DNA of 64,000 nt from an uncultured Phycisphaerales bacterium (GTDB lineage: Bacteria; Planctomycetota; Phycisphaerae; Tepidisphaerales; Tepidisphaeraceae): NCBI GenBank assembly GCA_963844715.1, contig CAWJPJ010000006.1:1056001-1120000 (forward strand). The letters run 5' to 3'. Positions within the stretch are counted from its first letter, which is position 1. Each line of letters begins with the position of its first letter. The position numbers were made by a program, and so were the translations under genes. Of the stretch, positions 39,221 through 51,019 are shown in pieces. The notes below the pieces were generated by a model. The model was given only the letters and a program-made list of their open reading frames with translations. It did not search any database and was not told where the DNA came from.

Positions 39221-42200
39221 ATGCCTGAAACAGCGAATCCCAAACTTCGGTTGATCCCGCCTCCGGGAGTTCCGCGCATCGCGTCGTTTCCGGGCTACGC
39301 GGAACTGGCCGTCACGACGAATTTCTCATTTTTGCGCGGGGCGTCCCATGCGGATGAGCTGGTTTATCGAGCCGCGGAATTGGGATATCGGGCGATTGCC
39401 GTGACCGATCGGGATACTCTTGCCGGAGCCGTGCGGATGCATCAGGCGGCCAAGCAAACGGGATTGAAGTTGCTCATTGGGTCGCGGCTGACTTTCACGG
39501 ACGGACCGGATGTTCTTGTCTGGGTCACGGATCGCGCCGCGTACGGGCGGCTTTGCCGGCTGCTCACACTCGGGCGACGCCGCGCGGAAAAGGGGGAATG
39601 CAAACTTTCCCTCGCCGATTTGCTGGAGCATCAGGAGGGGATGTTTCTGGCTATTGTTCCGCCGGATGACATGCAGAAAATCCGCCCCTTCTCCCCCTCC
39701 CCCGGTACTCCGGGGGAGGGTTGGGGTGGGGGTCAGCAGCCAACGTTCACACAGAACCCCCTCCCGTCGTGCCGAAACTAGCGGAAGGGGACAGGGAGTG
39801 CTCCCCTGGAGTACCGGGGGAGGGGAGAAAAAGAGCGCGTCGTCGGGCAACGCATGCCGGATGAAGAGAAAGACGCGTGGACGACTTCTCTACGGCTGCT
39901 TCGTCATGTCGTCGGGAAACGCCTCTCGCTGGCAATTCATTGTCTGCACGGCCCGCGCGATCGGCGGCGGCTGGCGGAGCTGGCGGGCATCGCCGCGGAT
40001 GCGAATGTTCCGCTTTTGGCGATCAATGATGTGCATTATCACGATCCTTCCCGCCGGCGCTTCAGGATGTGCTGACGTGCATCCGCCATGGTTGCGCGAT
40101 CCACGATGCCGGTTGGCGCCTGCTCGCCAATGCCGAGCGATATCTCAAACCGCCGGAGCAGATGCATCGTCTGCTGGCGGATTATCCGCAGGCCGTCGGC
40201 CGAACGCTGCACATTGCCGAGCAATGCACGTTTTCGCTTGATGAGCTTCGCTACGAATATCCCGACGAATTGATGGAGAAAAACCAGACCCCGCTGACTA
40301 CATTGAGGGACCTGACCTGCCGCGGCGCGGAAAAGCGTTATCCGCAGGGCGTCCCCGAAGCCGTCGGGCGGCAGATCGAACACGAACTCCAGCTCATCTC
40401 CCAGCTTCGCTACGAAGCCTATTTCCTGACGGTTTATGACTTGGTGATCTTCGCCCGCTCGCGCGGGATTTTGTGCCAGGGCGCGGGTCGGCGGCGAACT
40501 CCGCCGTCTGCTATTGCCTGGGCGTCACCAGCATCGATCCCGTCCAGGGCGACCTGCTTTTCGAACGGTTTCTCAGCGCCGCGCGGAACGAGCCGCCTGA
40601 CATCGACATCGACTTTGAGCACGAGCGGCGCGAGGAGGTGATCCAGTACGTCTACGAAAAATACGGCCGCGAGCGCGCCGGAATGACGGCGACGGTCATC
40701 ACCTACCGCCCGCGCAGCGCCATCCGCGACGTCGGCAAAGCGATGGGGCTCAGCCTCGACCTGGTCGACGCGATGGCAAAAAAAATAGACTGGTGGGACC
40801 AGGGCCCCATCGCCAACGAACGCCTCCGCCAAATCGGAATCGACCCGGATGATCCGACGATCAAACTGATCATGGGATTAACAGCTCAGTTGCTCGGGTT
40901 CCCGAGGCATCTCAGTCAGCATGTGGGGGGAATCGTGATGACGCGCGGGCCGCTAAGTGAAATGGTCCCCATCGAAAATGCATCGATGGAAGATCGAACG
41001 GTCATTCAATGGGATAAAGACGATATTGATGCCTTGGGAATTCTGAAAGTCGATGTGCTCGCGCTCGGAATGCTCACCTGCATCAGCAAATGTTTTAAGC
41101 TCCTTAACCCCCTCTCCCCATGTCCTCCGCTAGTTTCCCCAGGACGGGTGAGGGGCGAGCCTTCGGCAACCGAAAAATTGCCCCTCACCATAACCCTCTC
41201 CCCGGAGTACCAGGGAGAGGGGAAAATGGAGCACCAGGGAGAGGGGAAAAAAATCGAACTTCATACGGTCCCCCCCGACGACCCCGTCGTTTACGACATG
41301 ATCTGCAACGCTGACACCATCGGCGTCTTTCAGATCGAAAGCCGGGCGCAGATGACCATGTTGCCCCGCCTCAAACCGCGGAACTTTTACGATCTGGTGA
41401 TCGAAGTGGCGATCGTGCGGCCGGGGCCGATTCAGGGGGATATGGTGCACCCCTATCTCCGGCGCCGCCGTGGGGAGGAAAAGGTGGAATATCCGAGCGA
41501 AGCGCTGCGGGGGATTTTGCAGAAGACGCTGGGAGTGCCGCTGTTTCAGGAGCAGGCGATGAAGATCGCGATGGTGGCGGCGGGATTCAGCGCGGAGGAA
41601 GCCGACCAGCTCCGCCGCGCCATGGCGGCGTGGCGATATACCGGGCATATCGAAAAATTCCACCGCAAAATCGTCGATGGAATGGTCGCCAACGGCTACA
41701 CGCCGGAATTTGCCCAGCGATGTTTCGATCAGATCAAGGGCTTCGGCGAATACGGATTTCCGGAGAGTCACGCGGCGAGCTTTGCGCTGCTGGCGTACGC
41801 CAGCGCGTGGTTGAAATGCCATTACCCGGCGGCGTTCGCCTGCGCTGCTCAACAGCCAGCCGATGGGATTTTACGCCCCCGCGCAGATCGTCCGCGACGC
41901 GCGCGAGCATGGCGTGGAGGTCCGCCACATGGATGTGAACCAAAGTTTGTGGGATTGCACGCTGGAAGACGCGGGAGATTGGCCGGCGCTGCGATTGGGA
42001 TTCCGGCAGATCAAGGGTTTGTCCCAGGCCGACGGCGAGCGCATCGCCGCGGCGCGGCAAGCCCACGGTCTTTTCCGCTCGGTCGCGGAATTTCAGCAGA
42101 TCACGCAGCTCTCCCGCCAGGCGATCCGCCGGCTGGCGCACGCGGACGCGTTTGGATCGATAAACTTGTCGCGCCGGCCGGCGCTGTGGCAATCGCTGGC

Positions 42201-42730
42201 TCTCAGCGATGCGCCGGCCCCGCTGTTTGATTGTTGCCCGGATGAACGCGCCTCCGCCGGGCGATCTGCCGAAGATGCCGATCCGGCGCGAGGTTTTGGC
42301 CGACTATGCGACGGCCGGATTATCCCTGAAGCGGCATCCCGTCTCGCTTGTCCGCCCGCAACTGATCGAGCGCCGAATCGTCCCCGCAAAAGAATTGAAG
42401 CAAATCGATAATGGCCGATGGATTAAAGTCGCCGGATTGGTTCTCTGCCGCCAGCACCCGGGCACCGCTAACGGAATCGTCTTCGTCACGCTCGAAGACG
42501 AAACCGGCGTCGCCAATCTGATCATCCGACCGCAAATTTACGATCACTATCGCCTGGCCGCACGTCACGCGACGCTCCTGCAAGCCGACGGATATTTGCA
42601 GCGTGAAGGGAAAGTGATCCATCTCCTGGCCCTGCGACTGCACGATCTGACGGATTTATTGCTGTGGCGAAGAACCCGCGGAGATGCCGAAGTCGCGGGA
42701 TTTTCATTGAAAAATGAAAGGCAAAATTAG
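39221..42730 (+). CDS. dnaE2: Error-prone DNA polymerase III alpha with two repeat insertions, an in-frame TAG at 39779-39781 and indels near 40060, 40480, 41845 and 42250
   Basis: [80 protein letters not shown]. Confidence 0.93.
39685..39826. repeat. REP-like palindromic doublet inside the dnaE2 PHP domain
   Basis: ccctcccccggtactccgggggaggg ... cccctggagtaccgggggagggg; carries the reverse complement of the cassette at 25631-25665. Confidence 0.85.
41108..41250. repeat. REP-like palindromic doublet in frame inside dnaE2
   Basis: gggtgaggggc ... gcccctcacc..accctctccccggagtaccagggagagggg plus a 24-bp tandem duplication. Confidence 0.85.
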
Positions 42731-42811
42731 CCACAGATAAAAATCAGATGGACACAGATGTTAATGCAAATTCATTTCTTATCTGTGTTCATCTGATTTT
42801 CATCTGTGGCT
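42729..42811. repeat. Long inverted repeat between convergent dnaE2 and queD (CACAGAT type)
   Basis: agccacagataaaaatcagatggacacagat / atctgtgttcatctgattttcatctgtggct. Confidence 0.85.
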
Positions 42812-43178
42812 AATTCTCTTCTCCCCGATATTCGCAGCCTGACGTGCAAGTTTCCCTGACGACGATTGCCGAGAGGATCGGCAGTCTTGGCTTGATGCGG
42901 CGCCAGAGCCAGCCGGCAAGCATTTCCGCCGTCGGATTTTCCAGCCCTTCGATTTCGTTCAGATAATAATGATCGAGCAGCTTCACCACGGGCTCGACGA
43001 TTTTTGCGATTTCGCCGTAGTCGATCAGGTATCCCCTGGCCGGCTCGACTTCACCCTCGACGACGACGTCGAAATGAAACGAATGGCCGTGCAGGCGGCG
43101 GCATTTGTGGCCGTCCGGAAAAGTCGGGAGGCTATGCGCGGCCTCGAAACCGAAGGATTTGGTCAATTTGCTTCGCAT
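42810..43178 (-). CDS. queD: 6-carboxytetrahydropterin synthase
   Basis: FEAAHSL, CRRLHGHS, LDHYYLN, LENPTAE. Confidence 0.93.
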   Translation of the reverse strand: MRSKLTKSFGFEAAHSLPTFPDGHKCRRLHGHSFHFDVVVEGEVEPARGYLIDYGEIAKIVEPVVKLLDHYYLNEIEGLENPTAEMLAGWLWRRIKPRLPILSAIVVRETCTSGCEYRGEEN

Positions 43179-43235
43179 CGGGAAGATTGGATCGTAACAA
43201 CCGAGGAAATGAAATCCAGCGGCGGGAGCAGGCGC

Positions 43236-46200
43236 CTAGTGGAGCAGCGTGGATGTGGGAACTGTCAGCGAAATAGAGGGACTCGAGGCACCCGAATCCG
43301 CAACACGATCGGCGGCCGCGGCGACGTCGACAGTTTGCGCCTGCGCGGACTGCGTGGGCGTGGATGCCGATATTTCGGGCGAAGAAAGCGTCGACGATGC
43401 CGGCGTTGAAATTGCCAGCGCAATATACGTTGAAACTGGGGCGGAATCCTGCGGCGATGTATCCGCGGCCACGGGCGTTGAAACCGCCGGGGCAGTTTGG
43501 GTCAGCACGATGCTCGGTGCGGCCGAAGTTGCGGTCGAGCCGGCCGGCGCGAGATTGGTTTGCGTCGGAGCGGCCAGGGCGGCCTGCAAAAGAACGGTGG
43601 ACGATACCGGCGTCGAAACCACGGGGATCGTCTGCGTCACGAGGCTCGGCGCCGACTGGGTGATCAACGTCGGCGCTCCCTGCCCCGCGATAATCGGGGT
43701 CTGGGTGAGCGTGAAGACCTCCATGGTGCCGGAAGTCGCCGGGTTGGCGTCGATAACGAGGTGGCCGCCCAGCGGGGGCTGGCCGAGGAGGGTGGTCCCG
43801 AGATAGAGGAGTTCGCCGCCGTCGTACGTCGCGTTGCTGGAGGTAACGGTCTGCGTAGTGAAGACGGTGTCGGCGGCGGTTCCGAGATTAAACGACTGGC
43901 CGCTGAAGACCGCCCCGCCGCCGTTGCCCGGCGTGACCTGGTCGATGGTTTTGGAAACCCCCGTGAAAGTCGATTGGGTGACGTTCGTGAGCGACTCGCT
44001 CACGATCGAGATAATCGAACTGGCATTATAGCTTTCCTGCGTGAAGGTGACGACCGACGGACTCGTGGACGTATAGACGGACGATTCGCTGACTGCCAGG
44101 CCCGCCCCGTTATCGCGCGACATCATATCCGACGGGGCGAACGTGATCAGCCAGCCGTCCATCGTCAGCGTGCGGGTGTTGGCGGCCGTGACGTTGACGG
44201 TAATCGTCGCGTTGTTGCTGGTCATTCCCAGGCTATCTTTGACATTGAAGGTGATCGCATCGGCGCCGGTATAGCCGGTCGCGGGGGTGTAGAGAATCGA
44301 CCCGGTCTGGGCGTTGACGCTGGCCGAGCCGTTAGTTGGGCCGGTGACGATGGCGACTGTCGCCGGCTCGAGTTCGCGCCGGAATTTGGATCAGTGACGT
44401 CCGCCAGTTCGTCGATGGTGACCGCCGTGTTGACCGGAGTGGCGATCTGCTCGCCCGTTGCCACAGGCGGCTGCGGCGTCGTGGTTTGCGTTGTGATGTT
44501 GAACGATGCGGAAGTCGCGGAAGCCAGCTTGCCGTCGGTGGCAATGAGCGTGTAGCCGCCGGCCGTCGAGAGCGCGAAGTTGTTGAACGTGGCGACGCCG
44601 CTGGAGGCACCGGTGCTGGTCGTTCCGCTCAAGGTCCCTGGCCCGGTATTGACGGCAAGGGAGATGGTCGACGTATCGTCGGAGACGACGTTTCCGAATT
44701 GGTCTTCAACGGTCACCGCGGCGGCGGGCAACGTCTCGCCGGCCACACCGCCGGTGGGCTCGGTCGTGAAGGCAAGCTGCGAAGCCGCCGCCGGGCTGAT
44801 GTTGATTGTCTGCGTCGTGGCGGAGGCGAGTGTCCCATCCGTGGCTTTGAGGGTGTACGCGCCGGATTTATCCAGAGTGAGATCGGCGAACGTCGCCGTG
44901 CCGGCCGAGGCGGCCTGCGTGGCGGTTCCGGACAGAGTCGCCCCCGCCGGTCCGCTGAAAATCGCGAAGCTGACGTTGGAGAAATCCCCGGCGATGATGT
45001 CGCCGAAGGCGTCCTCCACGTCCACCTCGAAACTCGGCGAAAGCGCCGTGCCGGCGGCGCCGCTGGTCGGCTGCTGGACGATGACGAGCTTCGAGGCCGC
45101 CGCCGCGGCAATCGAGAAGGACGTTGAAACGGCGCTCAGATCGCCGTCGGTTGCCTTGAGCGTGAACGACCCCGCCGGAGAGATCGAGACGTTATTAAAT
45201 GTCGCCACGCCGTTGCTGGCGGCTATGCTGGCCGTTCCGGCGAGGCTCCCGGTTCCGGAGTTGATCGATAGCGTGACGGTTGAAGTGTCGCCCGAGAGCA
45301 CGTCGCCGGAGGAATCCTCAACGGAGACTGCGAACGCCGGCAAAGTTGTGCCGGCGGTCCCACCGCTCGGCTCGGTCGTAAACACGAGCTTCGCCGCGGC
45401 GGAGGCGTTGATGGAGATGTTTTGCGTAGTCGCGGCGGTGAGCTTTCCATCGGTGGCTTGAAGGGTGTAGGTGCCGGCCTTGTCGAGGGAAAGCCCGGAC
45501 AACGTCGCCACGCCCGCCGAGGCCGCCTGGGTCGCTGTTCCCCCCAGCGTCGCCCCGGTCGGGCCGCTGAGGATCGACAGCGAGACGCCGGAAAAGTCTC
45601 CCGCGACGATGTCGCCAAAGCCGTCTTCGACATCAACGACAAAATTCGGCGAAAGAGCCGTCCCCACGGTGCCGCCGGTCGGCTGCCGGACGATGACCAG
45701 CTGTGACGCGGGCCCGGCGGCGATGTTGATGTCCTGCGTTATCGCCGAGCTCAGTTTCCCGTCCGTCGCTTGAAGCGTGTACGTTCCCGATCTGTTCAAA
45801 GAGAGCCCGGCGAACATTGCCACGCCGCTCGACGCCGCCTGCGTCGTAGTCCCCGAAAGTCCGGCCCCCGCCGGACCGGTCAAAATGGTGAATGACACAT
45901 TTGACGAATCGCCCGCAACCACATCGCCCTGGGCATCTTCCACGTCCACGGCAAAATTCGGCGCGAGCGCCACACCCGCTGTTCCGCCGGTCGGCTGCTG
46001 GACGATGACGAGCTTTGTCGCCGCCGCGGCGGAGATGTTGAAGGAAGTCGAAACCGCGGACGTCAAACCCCCATCGGTCGCACTGAGGCTGTAGGTTCCG
46101 CCCTGCGAAAAGATGAGATTGGTAAACTTCGCGACGCCGCTCGACACCGTGGCGGAAGTCGTTCCGCTTAACGAACCGGGGCCGCTGTTCAGGGAGATCG

Positions 46201-48915
46201 TCACCTGCGACGTATCGCCGGTCACCAGGTTGTTGAATTGATCCTCGACCGAGACATCGACGGCCGAAATCGCCGCCCCGGCGACACCGCCGCTCGGTTC
46301 GCCGATGAAGACGAGCTGACTTGCCGCCGCCGCGACAACCGAGAAGCTGTTCGACTTCGCACCAGTCAGCGCCCCGTCGGCGGCGTTGAAAGAATATTGT
46401 CCCGCCGTAGTCAGAATGAGATTGTCGAACGTGGCAATTCCGCCGCTGGCTTGTTCGGAAACTGTCCCGCCGAGAGTCCCCGGACCGGACGCGAGCGTTA
46501 GCGTGACGGTCGAATCGTCGGCGGTGACAACTTGCCCACTGGCATCTTCGACTTCAACCGTCACGCTCGGATTGATGGCAAGGCCGGCTGTTGTCTGCGT
46601 CGGCTGCTGATCGAAAACCAGATGCGTTGCGGATTGCGCGGGCGCCGTCAGGATTTCGAACACCGTTCCAGAATTCGACAGCCCGCCAACCGACGCGGTT
46701 CCCCAGAGATTGCCGTGCGAGTCCAGAACAATTCCCGAAACAGGCACGTTTCCATTCGGGCCGGTGAAGGTGACGAGACTCATCTCGCTCCCGCCGCCTT
46801 TGGGGATTTCGAAAACCAACCCGCCCAATTTACCGTTGACGTCCTCCGCCGTTCCATAAACGTTGCCGGAAGAATCGACGGCCAGATTGCCGTTCTCGTA
46901 TGGCATCGCGCCATCGATGTCGTCGGTAAAGTCGTAGAGCGTGTCAATCGTGGTCGTGCCCGCCGGAATTTCGAACACCGTTCCCGACCCGGAAACGTAG
47001 GCGCCGTCGAAGCCGGTTCCCCCGTAGTGGGTGGCTCCGTAAAGATTCCCCTGGGCGTCGGCGATCAAACCTGTCGAGGGGGCCGTACCGTCGGTTCCGT
47101 CGAAGGAAATGAGCGGCGTGACCGTGGATGAGCCCTTTGCCAGTTCGAAGATCGTGCCGAAACTGCTGGCGCCGCCCGAGGCCGCCCCTCCGATCAGATC
47201 GCCGCTGCCGTCGAGATAAAGGGCGTGAGGCGAGCCGTATCCCGACGCAGTGGTAAATGCCGCCAGCGGCGTGATCGCGCTGCTCCCCTTCGCTACCTCG
47301 AAGATGCCGCCGAGATTGTTGCTAAATCCAAAAGTCGTGGCTCCGAACAGATTGCCGTTCCCGTCCATGATCAATTGCCCCGGATCGGAGCCGTTCATGC
47401 CGTCGAACGAGGCGAGCGTTGTTATCGTGGTCGAACCGCTGACGACTTCGAACACCGTTCCAAATCCGCTTGCCCCGCCCGCCGTAGTCGTTCCGAAAAG
47501 ATCGCCCGCGCTGTCGAGGACAAGTTGGCTTTGGGGCTTGGACCCATTTGCGCCGGTGAACGATGCGATCGTGGTTGGAAGGCTGCCGCCGGCGGTAATT
47601 TCGTAAACCGTGCCAAGATCGGCCGATCCACCGCCGTTGGTGACCCCGAAAGCGTCGCCGTTCCCTTCGACGACGACATCGCTCAATGGATCCGCGCCGC
47701 CGTCCTGGTTGAACGAGGCCAGCGTCGTGGCGGTGCTCGCCCCGCTGACCAACTCGAACGCGGTGCCGAGATTTTCCGTGCCGCCGAGACTTGTCGTTCC
47801 AAACAGGTCTCCGCTGCCGTCGCGGATGACCCCGCCAAGAGGATCGGCGCCGTTGGCACCCGTAAATTGGGTCAGCGTGTTGAGCGAACTGGTGGATTGA
47901 TTGTATTCGAATATGGTCCCGGTGTTCGAAGAGCCGTTAAATTCTGCGCTCGTTCCGTAAACGTTCCCGGCCCCGTCGATGGCGACGGGTCCGACCGGAT
48001 CGCCGGGCCCGCTGGTGGAGAACGAAGCCAGCACGTTCACCGCAGTTCCACCGGCGGGCAGTTCGTAGAGTGCGCCTGCGCTGCTCGATCCACCATTGCC
48101 GCTGACGCCATAGATATCCCCACTCGCGTCCATGGTGAGATTGCTGTACTGATTTCCGGGCAGTGCGCTCGACCAGGTGAGGCGCTCGCTCCGGCGGTCA
48201 GTTCCCAGAGCCCGCCGTTCTCGCTCGTCGTGCCGAAAAGATCCCCGTTTTTATCGATAACCACGCCGGTAGTTGGAAATGTGCCGGTGGTGACGCCATC
48301 GAAACTCGGGAGGGTAAGAATCGTGGTGCTCCCGGCGGGGAGTTCGAAAATCGATCCAAAGTCACCGACGCCGGATGGCTGGTTCGTCGTACCAAAGAGA
48401 TTTCCGTGGGAGTCCATGACGACGCCGCCCATCGGAGTCTGTCCGGTTGTGGCGGTGTTGAACGAAGCCAACGTGGTGATCGTGCTGCTTCCGGCGGCCA
48501 CCTCAAAAATCGTTCCGTTGTTGTGCGCCCCACCCGCTTCGGTCGTTCCGAAAAGATTTCCGTGGCTGTCGATGAAGAGGCCGCCCTGCGGATTCTGGCC
48601 GTTGGCATTATCGAAGATCGCGCGGACGCTGACGGTGCTCGATCCAGCGGCAATCTCAAACAGCTCGCCGTCGCCGGTCGTCCCGCCGCTGCTCGATTCG
48701 CCGAACAAATTCCCGGCCCCATCCATCACCAGCGGCGAACTCGGATTGACCCCCCCGATGGACGGAATGAACGACGCCACCGTCTGGAATGTGCTGAGAA
48801 GCAGCCGCTGTTCCAGGGGATCGACGCTATAGATCGCGGAACGGATCCGTTGCGCTCGCTCTTTGGAAAAACGTGTTTTGACTCTTGATCTCTGGCGCTG
48901 AGCACCGACGTACAT
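43236..48915 (-). CDS. Very large extracellular repeat protein (~1,900 aa; indels near 48140-48190 and 44370)
   Basis: PLEQRLLLS (LEPR-XLL-like) motif; ~14 repeats D..GNLFGTT..GG....GTVFE; seven ~103-aa Ig-like repeats (LV...QP...V.VED..G); S/T/A/P-rich tail. Confidence 0.85.
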
Positions 48916-49110
48916 ACGGACTCCTCCCACACCCGACCGATCCTGCGCGAAGCTTCAGACGCTAGCGCAGCGACCCACCCACAATGCGGCATTTAGTGTA
49001 GCAAGGCGGCGCACCGCCACAACAGATAAATTAGAGGGGTATTGACACAGTAAATCTGGGTAAAATCGGACCTTAGAGGGATTCTATATTGACGTCGGCA
49101 CACCGCCTTA

Positions 49111-49183
49111 ACCCCTCCCCCGGCATTACTGGGGAGCACTCCCCGTCCCCTTCCGCTGGTTTCGCCACGACAGGGGCAGGCGG
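49111..49183. repeat. Degenerate REP-like element with the same internal cassette
   Basis: ggggag[cactccccgtccccttccgctggtttcgccacgac]. Confidence 0.7.
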
Positions 49184-49294
49184 GCATGCGATTCAACTAT
49201 GTTTCGTATTATTAATTGGCGGCGGAAAGCTGGCGAAGATCGGTCTACATCCGGTTTTAAGCGTTGAGTTTGGGGAGAAATTCTCCTCGCAAGG

Positions 49295-50212
49295 TCAATC
49301 AATTTTCGCCAGGGGCGCCAATCGCGATTCGATCTCCGACAAATCGGTGGCGCGCCGCTTCGCCAAATCGCGGTTGAGCCGATAGACAGCGCGATCCACG
49401 GGCTTACGCTGATTCCATTGACGGAGGATCTGCCAATATCCCATCGCCAGCCCCCGCACCATTCTCACCGGGCGGCGGACGCGCACGCCGTGGACCAGAC
49501 CCAAGACCGTCGTCGCCAGCAGATGTCCCGGAAAATAGGGCATGGGAACATTGCACCAAGCAAATAAGACATTGTTGCGCCGGCCGTACAAATCCCAGCG
49601 GCGGAAATCGCGGCGCGGGGATTCAAAATGGTGGATCGGATCGGAGCGCCCCAGACGGACAACGTAACCAGCCGCGAGCATGCGGATGCAATAGTCCTCC
49701 TCTTCCCCCTGGTGGAAAAGGAATTCGCGATACCCTCCGAGCTCCAGAAAAATGTCGCGCCGCAGCGCATGGGCCGTACCGATATAGGTGGCGTGAATTT
49801 CCACTCCGGTTTCTTTTTGGTGGCGCTGCCGGATCGTCTGATCCTGATTGACGTTGATGAAAGGGATCGCCACCGCCCCAACGCGCGGATGATCCAGCTC
49901 GGCAAGCGTTTGCGAGATCACCCGGGGGGAGGAAAAAATCGCGTCGTCATCCATTGAGAAAATGTATCGCGTGCAGCACAGGCGCGCTCTGCGATTGCGC
50001 TGCACAATATAACCCAGCGATTGTTCGACGCGATCCAACTGAACCTGGGGAAACTCGCCGCGGACCATTTCGCTGGTGCCGTCGGTGGAACCGTCGTCTA
50101 TCACGAGCACGCGCGGCGCTGCGTCTTGATCCAGCGCGGATGCGATCGCCTTGCGCAATTCATCCTTGCGATTTTTACTCGTGATGAGGACGGTCGCTTC
50201 GGCGGATTCCAA
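49295..50212 (-). CDS. Glycosyltransferase family 2
   Basis: VIDDGSTDGT, SMDDDA, EEEDYCIR. Confidence 0.9.
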   Translation of the reverse strand: MESAEATVLITSKNRKDELRKAIASALDQDAAPRVLVIDDGSTDGTSEMVRGEFPQVQLDRVEQSLGYIVQRNRRARLCCTRYIFSMDDDAIFSSPRVISQTLAELDHPRVGAVAIPFINVNQDQTIRQRHQKETGVEIHATYIGTAHALRRDIFLELGGYREFLFHQGEEEDYCIRMLAAGYVVRLGRSDPIHHFESPRRDFRRWDLYGRRNNVLFAWCNVPMPYFPGHLLATTVLGLVHGVRVRRPVRMVRGLAMGYWQILRQWNQRKPVDRAVYRLNRDLAKRRATDLSEIESRLAPLAKID

Positions 50213-50288
50213 TAAGGCTCCAAGTCGGTTCGCAATGACGCGCGGGAATTATAGATAAAGCCGGCCCCAAGGCGATGTCCGAACCAAA

Positions 50289-50375
50289 CGGAGGAGGTGA
50301 GATTCGAACTCACGAGACCCTTGCGGGCCTACCGGTTTTCAAGACCGGCGCATTCGACCACTCTGCCACTCCTCC
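50289..50375 (-). tRNA. tRNA-Ser (anticodon UGA)
   Basis: GGAGGAG acceptor stem, CCGGT-CT-TGA-AA-ACCGG anticodon arm, long variable arm, GTTCGAATC; upstream TTGACC-17-TAGGGT promoter (50389-50417). Confidence 0.97.
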
Positions 50376-50608
50376 CGTGCATCGCAAAACCCTATCTCGG
50401 GGCCGAAAATGGGTCAAATGCGCATTCCTGACGAACGCACAACCAATCACGATGCAACGATTGCGCGACCGGCCTTATGGATTATTTCGGAATGCCCGAT
50501 ATCTGTAGACGGCAATCGGAAGAAATGTGTTTTCAGCCGGGCGGTCACAAAGCTCGGCGACACAATGCAGGTATTTTCCGACCCCGCCTCATCGTCAAAA
50601 TGATTCAC

Positions 50609-50651
50609 AAAAAAAGGGCTCCGGCATCACCCACGATCCGCCGGAACCCTT
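50609..50651 (-). terminator. Intrinsic terminator on the minus strand
   Basis: aagggttccggc...gccggagccc followed by T7. Confidence 0.75.
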
Positions 50652-51019
50652 GTGATTTACGTCCTGTTTTGGTCTCAGGACTCTTCTGTTTTTTGCGAGC
50701 CGGCGCCTTCCCTCGCGTGCCTGCCCGCGGTCGAACCGAACCTTCGCACCCCGTACTATTTCCGCCGGCAATTCGATCGCCCGGACGGGCGATGCCTAAC
50801 TCGTGTGGGGAGTATCACAATCAGCGCCGACTCACACAATGGTAAAATAGCACCAGAGGCTCAATTATTGGCCCTTAAAACAAGCCCCCCGGCAAGAATT
50901 GCTTTGCTATGCGGGAATCGCGATAAACTGGGGAAACTTTGCGCCGTAATTCGCGATTCCGCAAATCCCTTTACTCTTCCCCAACTTCACAATCCCCCGT
51001 TTGCCGCAACCAAAGTCTG

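Noticed and set aside
44486..48832. Long plus-strand ORFs opposite the giant surface protein, and similar ones opposite the GT41 and flagellar genes
   Set aside because: Antisense shadow frames expected in high-GC coding DNA; no recognisable motifs
50289..50375. tRNA as an integration site for a genomic island
   Set aside because: No integrase and no duplicated tRNA 3' end seen in the window
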